From NCBI GenBank assembly GCA_028819215.1, contig JAPPMG010000077.1:365-64364 (forward strand): DNA of 64,000 bases. Reading direction: 5' to 3'. Source of the stretch: Bryobacterales bacterium (lineage in GTDB: Bacteria > Acidobacteriota > Terriglobia > Bryobacterales > UBA6623). Shown piece by piece: positions 11,201 through 19,436 of this stretch. The stretch's first letter is position 1; each line of letters starts with the position of its first letter. Both the position numbers and the translations under genes were made by a program. The notes beneath the pieces are model-generated. The model saw only the letters and a program-made list of their open reading frames with translations. It did not search any database and was not told where the DNA came from.

Positions 11201-11317
11201 CAGGAGGATCTTATCGACGTCCTGTCGAGTGGTAGCAGGGAGACGCGCGAGATCTTGCAAAGCCTAGTTCTTGATCTTTCCGCGATGGGACTCAGGCAAG
11301 AGTCGACTGTTACCTAA
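8279..11317 (+). CDS. SF2 helicase with Helicase_C domain (ZacC-like)
   Basis: ADEVGLGKT, DEFQ, SATP, SVGQEGLDF, EQRDGRVQR; in-frame GTG 5 nt after the PLD stop. Confidence 0.85.
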   Translation: MIAPKPFQEAAVKAALSAFADREGRRRFLVADEVGLGKTVVAKELVRRMSEDGRQPFVIYYIANGHAVSHQNKGRIVGFLGDSQRKLAINTPDRLSLFTQAKRPESPILIYGLTPGTSFPGGRTRLTGGRKEERAFLKVLLEHTYPAFARDLDPDILRLNVSVSWDRIVQEAETRFSVCPSGLCRRFREALATEFGKPVRAMLDLAVRGDLSRSERRFRPHTFVGRLRRALVLATLRHQPPNLIVFDEFQRYRHILFDKDSDPLLKALLGSENPATPPAVLLLSATPYRLLHTRWEEAHGVLAHTELLEVIEFLAGSRIRGQARTLFSKFGDRLRVISTSANANDPKLSGTVIEAARLRDELRALLTPVLSRTERDGLASADPLAETQFLDADPLPEDFRVFRHLVTSFAEDMRSYALPYWSSVPLPAQSLGPRYAAWRRAKMRADPKLTQMTEEHRNELSAPRAWPDAKLRALSSVAPSTLLSLPWAAPSLCWWPLGGGWKHAAADPKLLLFSRFRATPPSVAALLSFGLESHCLHKKQRSYDKAYMSRRFKLAATPGPTMAAFHPSPWLIGNTDPLAKAGATLSAVRKEVRRQILAVLPKGIIRRDTAKARRRHRSIARTLASIERTVGISERSAAGWTSAIGDDRAARSAVQKWSSAQPINWLSARELADLVDYAIGAPGVALGRALLRHDPTILDPERFPELVKLSWQGLRTYLDNPVILSSLPGRSAVEKVMGAVVDGGFESVLDEHFWLRAQVLDSGTAGLVADLKRSLGLRASSFSFHGIDPAAEKIPVRCHVAVPFGDAETEPSVKVVGDRAKTTPIRPDEVRRSFNTPFWPHVLTTTSVGQEGLDFHPWCSRVVHWDLSANPLDLEQRDGRVQRYAGLAVRRRLAAILRDEVLSDPAVKEASPWKCMERRAEHFVDTSGLRPWWVLEGAEINRYIFKRPFGRDSVRFDQLREQRMIYRLALGQPNQEDLIDVLSSGSRETREILQSLVLDLSAMGLRQESTVT

Positions 11318-11542
11318 GGGTACTAGCAAGCGGCCATGAAGGCACGGAAGGAAAAGTCCGCGTCAGGAGCAGGCGATTCGCAGGCAACGAACGCCGCTTC
11401 CTCGAGAAGGCTGCTGTAGCGATGATCCGCCGGATGGCCTAGAAAGCGCACGGCTCGTCCGAGGCTTCGCCACACGCTCGTGGGCATCCGGATAGGCCTG
11501 GCACACCCGACCGTATAGTTACGCTGGCGACCGCGACCGGAG

Positions 11543-12157
11543 TCACTCGTCCGGGGCCTTGGGCGGATTCGGCAATGCGCTCAGGGCGGTTTGGAGTTCT
11601 CTTTGTTCTTTCAGCGCAGCCGCGATGTTCTCCAGCAACCGCGTCAGCTGCGAGTCAATTGCTTGAGCCTACTGCAAGCAATGCTCGTCCGACAGGTTAT
11701 GCAGCTGTCGGCTGTATAGCTGGTGAAGCATTATCAGTGGGTTCTGGCCGTCCGGCAGCAGAAACTTGTCCGGGATGGTATCCTTCAGCGATTTCACGGC
11801 ACTCTTGAACTGATGGGGCTCGAGCGCATGGTCGTACTTCCTAACGTCATGGCCTAGCTCTTCAGCTCCTTTCTTGATTTCGGTTACGAGCAGCTCCCAC
11901 TGGCTTTCGACGACTCGCCGGAAGTACGAAGCCGCACCGATGCCAAATCCGTGGTCCATCGCGCGGACGCCTTTCCGATAGAGGTCTAGATCCAGCCCGC
12001 TGAGCAGCTTCGGGATTCTTGGAGCGATTGGTGTTGAAAACGGAGGGAACTCCCCCAATTTCGTGACTGTCACGTCTTCCTGCTGGCTACATTCGATGAC
12101 AAGAGCGAAAGCCTTGGTCTTCGCCCTGCAGTTGCGACACGTGGATCTGATAATTTT
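11543..12157 (-). pseudogene. DUF4145/HEPN-like gene remnant, 5' end removed at the IS end, internal TAG
   Basis: GIGAASYFRRVVE...SRQLH; frame continues past TAG 11669-11671 (AQAIDSQLTRLLENIAAALKEQRELQTALS...) to TGA 11543; the ORF-track start lies inside the IS repeat. Confidence 0.6.
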
Positions 12158-12207
12158 GGGGATTAAGTACTTGACTCCACCGGCTTGATCTGCCATACCC
12201 GGTAATG
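12158..12207 (+). repeat. Terminal inverted repeat of the IS1595 element (protease side)
   Basis: ggggattaagtacttgactccaccggcttgatctgccatacccggtaatg aligns to the reverse complement of 16144-16192. Confidence 0.85.
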
Positions 12208-12464
12208 CCTCTTGGCTTGCTCATCGACCCGCGAGCATTAGACCACTAGCCCGTGCTAACCTATGCTCCGCAAGTACCGGCCGGTGAAATCCGCATGTCG
12301 GGTCTCCCGCCGAATACAACAGTCTAACGCCGGGCCGAGGGGTCGCTCCCCGAAGCTTTGACGAATAAGCGGGGCTCCGTCCGTTTCACCGACCGGTGCT
12401 TGCACGGCCCGGCACCACGCCGGGATGCAAGCGAAGCCGGTATAAGACTGGCGAGAGGTGAAAC

Positions 12465-13424
12465 ATGCGACATAGTCTAGTCCTGCCGGCAATCTCTCTA
12501 TGTGCGGGCCTGTGTGTGCTAGCGGAGGAGATCGCACCGACTCCGCGGCAAATGACCGGAGGCTCGGCAGCGACGGCTGTAGAGTTTCCGATGGCGGTAT
12601 ACATCACCAAGGATGTCATTACGAATTGCACGGGCGTCCTGCTGTCGCGCAAGTGGGTGCTGACGGCGGCCCACTGCGTCGACGGCGCTACGTCCGTACT
12701 TCTACGTCACATAGGCGGGGAGTCGACATTGGGATACCCGCGCGTGGACACTCGCGCCGACTATTCTTGGGGCACTCAGGTGCACCCAGATTACGATCCC
12801 CTCGGCAATGAGTCGGGTACTAAAGATCTGGCCTTGATCGAGTTGTCCGACGATGACGCGCTGACAAGCCGCTACGTCAAGGCGGTGAACCTACCGTCTC
12901 AATCCCACATCGCGCAGATCCAGAACGGCTTGAACGTCACGGTGCTCGGCGTGGAGAGCGGCTACTGGAGCCAAGCTTCGTGGCCGCTGGCCGAGTGCGA
13001 GGACGAGCGGGAAGACTGGATCGTGTGCGCCCAGATGACCATCGCGCAGCACATCGACGAAGGGGACAGCGGCGGTCCTCTATTGATGCGGGACGGCGAT
13101 GATTGGGTGCTGGTCGGAACGACGTTCTACAAATACGGTCCGGGCGGCCAACTCGCTGCCCAGAGGACCAGCTACTACCTGCCGTGGATAGCGCAGTACG
13201 TGGACGGCGTGACCGCTCCGCCGCCTACAGATACCGGGACGGTGGATCCTCCGTTCCGCGGTGCGGTGGTGGAGTTCCTGAATCAAACCGGAACGTTGTG
13301 CCGCGTCGACGACCTGTTTTCCCCCGCTCCGCCCGTTCAGACTTCGACCAATACGGCCGTTGAGATTCAAATACCTGGGGAGCGGTTCCAGACGGTGCTG
13401 CTGGTCGAGTGCGGGCAGCCTTAG
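12465..13424 (+). CDS. Secreted trypsin-like (S1) serine protease with Pro/Thr linker and small C-terminal domain
   Basis: WVLTAAHC, DLALI, GDSGGP triad motifs; signal-peptide-like N-terminus; gaggtg RBS. Confidence 0.9.
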   Translation: MRHSLVLPAISLCAGLCVLAEEIAPTPRQMTGGSAATAVEFPMAVYITKDVITNCTGVLLSRKWVLTAAHCVDGATSVLLRHIGGESTLGYPRVDTRADYSWGTQVHPDYDPLGNESGTKDLALIELSDDDALTSRYVKAVNLPSQSHIAQIQNGLNVTVLGVESGYWSQASWPLAECEDEREDWIVCAQMTIAQHIDEGDSGGPLLMRDGDDWVLVGTTFYKYGPGGQLAAQRTSYYLPWIAQYVDGVTAPPPTDTGTVDPPFRGAVVEFLNQTGTLCRVDDLFSPAPPVQTSTNTAVEIQIPGERFQTVLLVECGQP

Positions 13425-13448
13425 CTAGCGTTTCTGGCGGTCTCTCGC

Positions 13449-15017
13449 TTACGCGAAGAGTCCCAAGCTCGGCTGCATCGGCTTGCCGGAGTACGGGTCG
13501 TTCATCGGCGGCAGGTTCGGCATGCGGTTCTCGAAGTAGTGGCTGATCGGCCAGAGCTGCACGCGCGGATACGCCTGCCCGCCGACCTTGATCCGGCCCG
13601 CTTTCAGCATGTCGATCTTCGAGGCCGGAGTTCCCGTCGAGTCGAGCGTGACGTAGCAGCCGATCGCCGCCTTGTCCCTGTTGGTCACTCCGATGAAATC
13701 CCGGAACGGGCTGATCCCGAACTTGCCGCCCTTGATCTGTGCCAGCGCGAGGCGCGAGTCGAAGTCGTCCGGCTTGACCGAGAGCATCCCCCTGCCGTCC
13801 ACTCCGCCGTCCCCGACCTGCTTGGTGTTGGGAGCGAATCCCGGCAGCCGCGTGACCGCCCAGGACTCGAAGTTGAACGGCTGCTCGCGGGCGAGCTTCC
13901 GGGCCGAGGCCAAGTCAGTCGGTATGCCTTTGGTGGAGACCGCCGCGCCTTGAAGCCTGCGCTTGATGATCAGGTCCACGGCGAACGACGAGATGTCGAT
14001 CCCGGCCCATCTACGGTTCAGGCGGCGGGCAGCGTCTATGGTCGTACCGCAGCCGCAGAACGGATCGAGCACCAAGTCTCCGGGATTCGAGCTTGCCTTG
14101 ACGATCCGCTCCAGCAGCGCGGTCGGCTTCTGCGTCGGGTACCCAAGCCTTTCTCCAGCCTGCGAATTGATCGGCGAGACGTCTGTCCAGACATCCGCAA
14201 GCGGCAGGCCCGCCATCTCATCCAGATAGCGTTTGATGCGGATACCGCCCTTGGCCGTGAAATGCAGGCGGTTCTCGCCGTCGAGCGCCGCCATCCGTTC
14301 CGGCGGCACGCGCCAGAGGGAGCAGACGCCCTTGTACTCGTAGTCGTACCCGCCGCCGCTCAGCCCCTTGGCCGTGATATCGCCGTCCATCCACCTCCGC
14401 CCGTCCGGATCAGCTCGTTTGTACCGTTGTTGGACATACTCGTCGCTGTACGGAGTCGTCTGGCGGTTGTAGGTGCAATTCGCCGACTTGCTGTACAGCA
14501 GGATCGTGTCGTGCACGGCCCCGAGAATCGCAGCGTCGCTGTGCGCGGAGGTCCGCTTCCAGACGATCTCGTTCCTGAAATTGGCGGCTCCGAAGATCGC
14601 GTCCATCACGGCCTTGAGGTAGTGGCTGGCCGTCGGGTCGCAGTGCAGCCATATGCTCCCCGTCGGTTTCAGGAGACGGTGCATGTGCTCCAACCGCTCG
14701 GCCATGTAGGTCAGATAGGCCAGCATCCCTGACGGCCCCAACATCCTGTCCAATCCGACAATGACGTCATGGGCGAGCTTGCCCGCCCCTCCCTCGAACC
14801 GCTCCAATCGCTCGGCCGCGGCGGCGTCCCACGACCATGTATCGCTGAAAGCTTGGAATTGCGCCGTCTCCCCTTCAGTGGAATACAGGACGTTGTAGTC
14901 GGTCTTGGAATTGAATGGCGGATCGAGGTAGATCAAGTCGACCGTCTCGCCGTCCCACTGGGACATCCAGTCGAGGCAGTCCCCGTAATAGAGAGTGCCC
15001 GGATCCGGCCCGCTCAC
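13449..15017 (-). CDS. N4/N6 DNA methyltransferase (beta class) with C-terminal Mrr-like domain
   Basis: IYLDPPF, YPTQKP, DPFCGCGTT; C-terminal DGGVDG...QIK. Confidence 0.88.
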   Translation of the reverse strand: MSGPDPGTLYYGDCLDWMSQWDGETVDLIYLDPPFNSKTDYNVLYSTEGETAQFQAFSDTWSWDAAAAERLERFEGGAGKLAHDVIVGLDRMLGPSGMLAYLTYMAERLEHMHRLLKPTGSIWLHCDPTASHYLKAVMDAIFGAANFRNEIVWKRTSAHSDAAILGAVHDTILLYSKSANCTYNRQTTPYSDEYVQQRYKRADPDGRRWMDGDITAKGLSGGGYDYEYKGVCSLWRVPPERMAALDGENRLHFTAKGGIRIKRYLDEMAGLPLADVWTDVSPINSQAGERLGYPTQKPTALLERIVKASSNPGDLVLDPFCGCGTTIDAARRLNRRWAGIDISSFAVDLIIKRRLQGAAVSTKGIPTDLASARKLAREQPFNFESWAVTRLPGFAPNTKQVGDGGVDGRGMLSVKPDDFDSRLALAQIKGGKFGISPFRDFIGVTNRDKAAIGCYVTLDSTGTPASKIDMLKAGRIKVGGQAYPRVQLWPISHYFENRMPNLPPMNDPYSGKPMQPSLGLFA

Positions 15018-15035
15018 CGGACCCGCCTCCGGACG

Positions 15036-15197
15036 CTATTGACTACTTCGGCTTGACGGCTTGACGGCTTGACCCGTTTTCATTTTAGGCTTGCCGCTAA
15101 CCCCTGCCCGCTTGGTTCGAGGCTTCGCCCTCTCGGGTGGCCTGGACTGGAACACGCGGTCCGCGATCGCGTCCAGCGCGGCCGGTACTTTGCTCAT
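15036..15197 (-). CDS. 53-aa basic ORF coupled to the transposase (not in ORF track)
   Basis: ATG overlaps the transposase TGA; MSKVPAALDAIADRVFQSRPPERAKPRTKR...; stop TAG 15036-15038. Confidence 0.5.
   Translation of the reverse strand: MSKVPAALDAIADRVFQSRPPERAKPRTKRAGVSGKPKMKTGQAVKPSSRSSQ
15050..15073 (+). repeat. 3 x 8-bp tandem repeat (ggcttgac)
   Basis: Three exact copies read directly. Confidence 0.9.
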
Positions 15198-16126
15198 GCG
15201 GTCAGTTCCTTGTACGTGATCCGGCGGTTGAACGCCTTGTCGGTGAATGCCGTCAAGCGCCCCAGAGTGTGCATCTTCACGCTGCCCTCATTGAGCCGGA
15301 ACGTCGCCTCGTTGAGGTCGCGGGCTAGGTGCTTGCGGGAGCAATGGTGCCACGTCCAGTACAGCCCGCGCCGGAACACGGCCCACATCGACTCGGCGCT
15401 GTTGACGTGGATGTCGTTCGCGCCGACATACTCGACCGTGCTGTGCTTAACGCTGCCGTGAGCGTAGCCCTTGGACTCAAGGCCCTTGTGGCTCTTGTGC
15501 TCGTCGGTGCAGATCATCGCGCCGGTCTCGACGTGCTCCGCGATCTTGGATTGCAGCGTCGCCTTGGTCGTGTCATCCACCGGAACCGCAACGGACTTGC
15601 CGCCTCGCTGCCGGATGCCGAGAACGGCCTGCTTGGTGGACGGCCCGCGTCCCGCGTTCGTCTTCTTGGACTCGTGCTTCTTCTGCTCTAGGCCGCCGAT
15701 GTAGACCTCGTCCACTTCCACGATGCCGCGCAGCAGCTCTATATCATCGCCGCAAGCCTCGCGGAGCCGTCCGAGGATGAACCAAGCCGTCTTCTGCTGC
15801 ACGCCGATCTCCTTGGAGAGTTGCAGGGACGAGATGCCCTTGCGGGACGTGACAACAAGGTACATCGCGTACACCCACTTGTGCAAGGGGACATGGGAGC
15901 GCCCGAAGATGCTGCCGGTGCGAACGGTGAACTCCTCGCCGCAGTCGCGGCAGCGGTAGTATCCCAGGCGCTTGCCCTTACGGGCGGTGATGCGGCCGGT
16001 ACAACCGCAGTGCGGGCAAACCGGCACGCCTCGCCAGCGACGCTCCTCTAGGTACAGGCGGGCGGATGCTTGGTCGGGGAAGAGTTGGAATAGCTCGAAA
16101 GTGCTTCTGGTTGACCGACTTGGCAT
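15194..16126 (-). CDS. IS1595-family (ISXO2-like) DDE transposase
   Basis: Zn ribbon CPHC...CRDC, KGISSLQL HTH, VEVDEVYIGG, ICTDEH, NSAESMW, RRITYKEL. Confidence 0.93.
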   Translation of the reverse strand: MPSRSTRSTFELFQLFPDQASARLYLEERRWRGVPVCPHCGCTGRITARKGKRLGYYRCRDCGEEFTVRTGSIFGRSHVPLHKWVYAMYLVVTSRKGISSLQLSKEIGVQQKTAWFILGRLREACGDDIELLRGIVEVDEVYIGGLEQKKHESKKTNAGRGPSTKQAVLGIRQRGGKSVAVPVDDTTKATLQSKIAEHVETGAMICTDEHKSHKGLESKGYAHGSVKHSTVEYVGANDIHVNSAESMWAVFRRGLYWTWHHCSRKHLARDLNEATFRLNEGSVKMHTLGRLTAFTDKAFNRRITYKELTA

Positions 16127-16143
16127 TGCTTTGTGCCTGACTC

Positions 16144-16192
16144 CATTACTAGTGTGACAGATCAAGCAGGTGGAGTCAGGCACTTAATTCCC
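16144..16192 (-). repeat. Terminal inverted repeat of the IS1595 element (transposase side)
   Basis: Reverse complement gggaattaagtgcctgactccacctgcttgatctgtcacactagtaatg. Confidence 0.85.
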
Positions 16193-16218
16193 TGAATGAA
16201 TGATCTCTATGCCTGAGC

Positions 16219-16956
16219 TTAACTTCTGTCATTTTTCATAGCATAGTAGGATCTAAATGGGTAGGATTGAGTGACAATAAAGAGAAAATACCCACTCACG
16301 TTTGTCAATAATAGTATACATACTATGCTCTTCGAAACTAGAGATCCAAACGCTCCATAATTCCAGATATGTACACCGCAAAAATAAAAGGCAATTGCAT
16401 GAAATATGTAAACACACGCAAACAAAGAGAGGATCAAGAAAAGAAATGCTAGAATCATCACAAAATACTTTTTGTTTGATGAGATCGTCATCTCCTTTGG
16501 GTCCAATAGGCCAATCACATAATCAGTTGAGAATAGGCTCCCCATATAGATTTCAGGGCGCACGCTAGAATTTCTTACAGTCAAGATAGACAAAATTAAT
16601 CCCTTGTAAACCTCAAAATTTAACCATCGATATACACTCGAGACATATGCAACTGATGTCAAGAAGAGTCCAATTTCAATCAGGCCAGGAAAAGATGAGA
16701 GTTCATTTCCGAAAATCTTGACTTGAACCTTATGCCCAGAAAGAGTAAGCAGTAACACAGCATCAATGATTACCATCAATACAGTTCGCTTGTAGGCTGA
16801 TCGATCAAGTTTTTCGGCTTGCTGTCCCATTCGGATTAAGAATTGATCATCATAAACTTTGTTCTGATCTTCAATCTCCAGCTCAGACTTAAACGAACTC
16901 AAAAATCTTGAAATCAATGTTTGTCGAATCTCGCGGGCTCTTGGCCTTGGGGTCAT
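16219..16956 (-). CDS. AT-rich hypothetical multi-pass membrane protein
   Basis: Long ORF in a visibly AT-rich segment; about four hydrophobic stretches; ATG 16956 coincides with the composition shift. Confidence 0.65.
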   Translation of the reverse strand: MTPRPRAREIRQTLISRFLSSFKSELEIEDQNKVYDDQFLIRMGQQAEKLDRSAYKRTVLMVIIDAVLLLTLSGHKVQVKIFGNELSSFPGLIEIGLFLTSVAYVSSVYRWLNFEVYKGLILSILTVRNSSVRPEIYMGSLFSTDYVIGLLDPKEMTISSNKKYFVMILAFLFLILSLFACVYIFHAIAFYFCGVHIWNYGAFGSLVSKSIVCILLLTNVSGYFLFIVTQSYPFRSYYAMKNDRS

Positions 16957-17595
16957 ATATATGGGGATTATATACGCGAGTGGCTTTGATCCCGCGATCG
17001 CCTCGACGTGACGGCGCATCGACTACTTGGTTCAGAGTGCCTCACCTGCGGACAGTAGTACAGGTGCGGCTGCTATCCGCTGGACGATGATTCCAGTGAG
17101 TCGGGACGACCCGCCGCTAGCGTAACCGGTGCAACGGTACTGCGGCACGCGAGGTCAGTAGAACGCGCTGAATGGGCTCCTGAGCAACTTGGGTCGGCAT
17201 TGTCCGTCGTCCCGCTGGTATCAAGCAACCCATCCCTACTATCTGTGCGGTCGGATCGCGCGATTACTGTTGTGGGACTACCTCGTGGACTGGCTGGCGT
17301 ACGCGGCGAGTCGGTTAGAGGTCGGCTAACGTGCCAGAGTTCGCCAACGTAGAACCGGAGCTGACCGTAGGATCGCGCAGCAACAGGTACGCCCCGAACG
17401 AGGACTCGGTAGCGGATCGGGATCGAGGTGCTGCCAAAGTCGACCCAATTGACGGCCGCGTGCCGCCTGAAACTGAAATGTGGCTAGCCTGACAGGTCGA
17501 GCACTCGACGCGAGAGGCCACCTTCACTGAGCGACCACCGCGAGGGCTCGTTTAGCCGGATATCTGGGTCTCGGTTGGGCGAAAATAGACTGGCT

Positions 17596-19122
17596 ATGGA
17601 ATCCCGCAATCATCACGAGTCCCGCCAAGGGCAATCGTCGCAGCTTTCCCGCCGATCCTTCTTGGGAACGGCCGTGTCCGGCCTAGGCGTCGGCGCGTCG
17701 GTCCAGCTGGTCGGACAATCGAACTCGGCCGAGAACAGGCCGAATATCCTGTTCTGCATATCAGACGATCAATCCTGGACCCACGCCGGAGCTGCCGGAG
17801 ATCCGATCGTCAAGACTCCGGCCTTCGACCGAGTCGCCGCCAACGGCGTGCTCTGCACGCACGCGTTTTGCGACGCGCCAACATGCGGTCCGTCGCGAAG
17901 CGCCATCCTCACTGGGCAGTCGATCTGGCGACTCGAGGAAGCCGGCAACATCCATAGCACGCTTCCAAGCAAGTTCGCGACTTATACCGAGATGCTCGAG
18001 GGTGCAGGGTATATGATCGGACACACCAGCAAGGGCTGGTCGCCTGGCCGGCTGGAGCCGGGCGGTCGCACGCGGAATCCGGCGGGCGACACGTTCGAGA
18101 GCTTCGAGCAGTTCATGGGGCAGCGTCCTGCGGATAAGCCCTTTTGCTTCTGGCTGGGAAGCCGGGACCCTCACCGGCCCTACGAACTCGGCTCGGGCCA
18201 GAGGTCGGGGAAGGATCCGGCGCAGGTCGTCGTCCCACCGCACTTGCCCGATAACTCTGTCACGCGCAATGACATTCTCGATTACTACGTCGAAGTCGAA
18301 CGCTTCGACAGCAACGTGGAGCGTGCCCTGAACCTGCTCGACGAGGCGGGCCAACTCGACAACACCATCGTGGTGGTCACGAGCGATCACGGCATGCCCT
18401 TCCCCCGCGCCAAGGCCAGTCTCTACGACTACGGCAGCAGAGTCCCGTTGGCAGTTTCTTGGCCGCGCGCGATCCCGGCGGGTCGGACAGTCGACGACTT
18501 CATCAGCCTTAGCGACATGGCTCCAACGTTCCTGGAGGCCGCCGGCCTTGAACCGCACCGAGACATGACCGCACGCAGCCTGCTGCCGATCCTCCAGTCA
18601 AGCGAGAGCGGCCAAGTCGATTCCTCGCGCGACACCGCATTCTTCGCGATGGAGAGGCACGATGGTTGCCGTCGCGGGGGGAAGGGGTATCCGTGCCGCG
18701 CCATTCGCACCGGCGACTACCTCTACATCCGCAACTTCGAGCCGACACGCTGGCCTTCCGGCTCGCCGAACGCGGCCGATTGCGCACGCGGAATTCCTTA
18801 CGGAGAGATCGACTCTTCGCCGACCAAGACCTTCATGATGAAGAACCGGGGCGATCCCTATGTGGACCGATTGGCCGAGTTGGCCTTCGGCACGCGCCCG
18901 GGCCATGAACTGTACGACCTACGTGAAGACCCCGGGCAGCTGCGCAATGCCGCCACCGAACCGGCGCTGGCCGACCAAGCCAAGACATTGGATGCCCAAT
19001 TGATGGCGCACTTGGCCGACACCGGCGATCCGCGAGCCCTCGGCAAGCCCGCGCCGTGGGATTTCTATCCTTACTACGGGCGGAAGGTCAACCAAGACTG
19101 GACCGTGGACGCCCCAGAGTAG
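17596..19122 (+). CDS. Sulfatase (formylglycine-dependent) with Tat signal
   Basis: SRRSFL twin-arginine motif; ISDD, CGPSR (CxPxR), TSDHG, ELYDL..DP. Confidence 0.92.
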   Translation: MESRNHHESRQGQSSQLSRRSFLGTAVSGLGVGASVQLVGQSNSAENRPNILFCISDDQSWTHAGAAGDPIVKTPAFDRVAANGVLCTHAFCDAPTCGPSRSAILTGQSIWRLEEAGNIHSTLPSKFATYTEMLEGAGYMIGHTSKGWSPGRLEPGGRTRNPAGDTFESFEQFMGQRPADKPFCFWLGSRDPHRPYELGSGQRSGKDPAQVVVPPHLPDNSVTRNDILDYYVEVERFDSNVERALNLLDEAGQLDNTIVVVTSDHGMPFPRAKASLYDYGSRVPLAVSWPRAIPAGRTVDDFISLSDMAPTFLEAAGLEPHRDMTARSLLPILQSSESGQVDSSRDTAFFAMERHDGCRRGGKGYPCRAIRTGDYLYIRNFEPTRWPSGSPNAADCARGIPYGEIDSSPTKTFMMKNRGDPYVDRLAELAFGTRPGHELYDLREDPGQLRNAATEPALADQAKTLDAQLMAHLADTGDPRALGKPAPWDFYPYYGRKVNQDWTVDAPE

Positions 19123-19201
19123 GCGGAAGAGCCCGCCAACATACGTCGCCGAACCCAGTCCTCTCGTTGCCGCGGGCTGCAGACTGAAGGGCCCCGCGTG
19201 C

Positions 19202-19288
19202 GCGGCGCTGGCGAAATCGGCAGACACAACGGACCTAAGTTCCGTTGCCCTCGAAGACGCGTGGGTTCGAGTGTCACACCCGGTACCG
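19202..19288 (+). pseudogene. Degenerate full-length copy of tRNA-Leu
   Basis: Colinear 87-nt alignment to 20376-20462; acceptor and T stems disrupted, CCA changed to CCG, anticodon loop CCTAAGT. Confidence 0.8.
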
Positions 19289-19436
19289 CTGTTCCGAGCC
19301 GTGTTGCGAACGAAGTAGTGCCAGCGTGCGGGTAGCTGCTGCCTCTGGGCGGGATCTACCTAGTTCAAATTCGAGATCGGGCGGCGATTCGCAGCCGTCC
19401 CAGGAGGAGGGAACTTCGTTTGCGCGGACAAGAGAC

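Larger units (their letters stand above)
12158..16192 (-). mobile_element. IS1595-family element with passenger genes (transporter IS)
   Basis: ~50-bp imperfect terminal inverted repeats (12158-12207 and 16144-16192) enclosing an IS1595 transposase, a small ORF, an MTase and a protease; no target-site duplication seen. Confidence 0.8.

Noticed and set aside
12300..12400. Integron attC site, hammerhead ribozyme or c-di-GMP riboswitch (gtctaac, ttgacga)
   Set aside because: Only short partial motifs; complementary core elements absent and no integron integrase present
13539..14732. 397-aa plus-strand ORF and similar long shadow ORFs (e.g. 43046-44323, 48162-49025, 61648-62580)
   Set aside because: Antisense or alternate-frame shadows of well-supported genes in GC-rich DNA
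12150..16200. Target-site duplication for the IS1595 element
   Set aside because: Flanks ataatttt and tgaatgaa do not match
17020..17575. Possible gene or ncRNA in the spacer before the sulfatase
   Set aside because: No convincing ORF, motif or extended structure; probably decayed DNA
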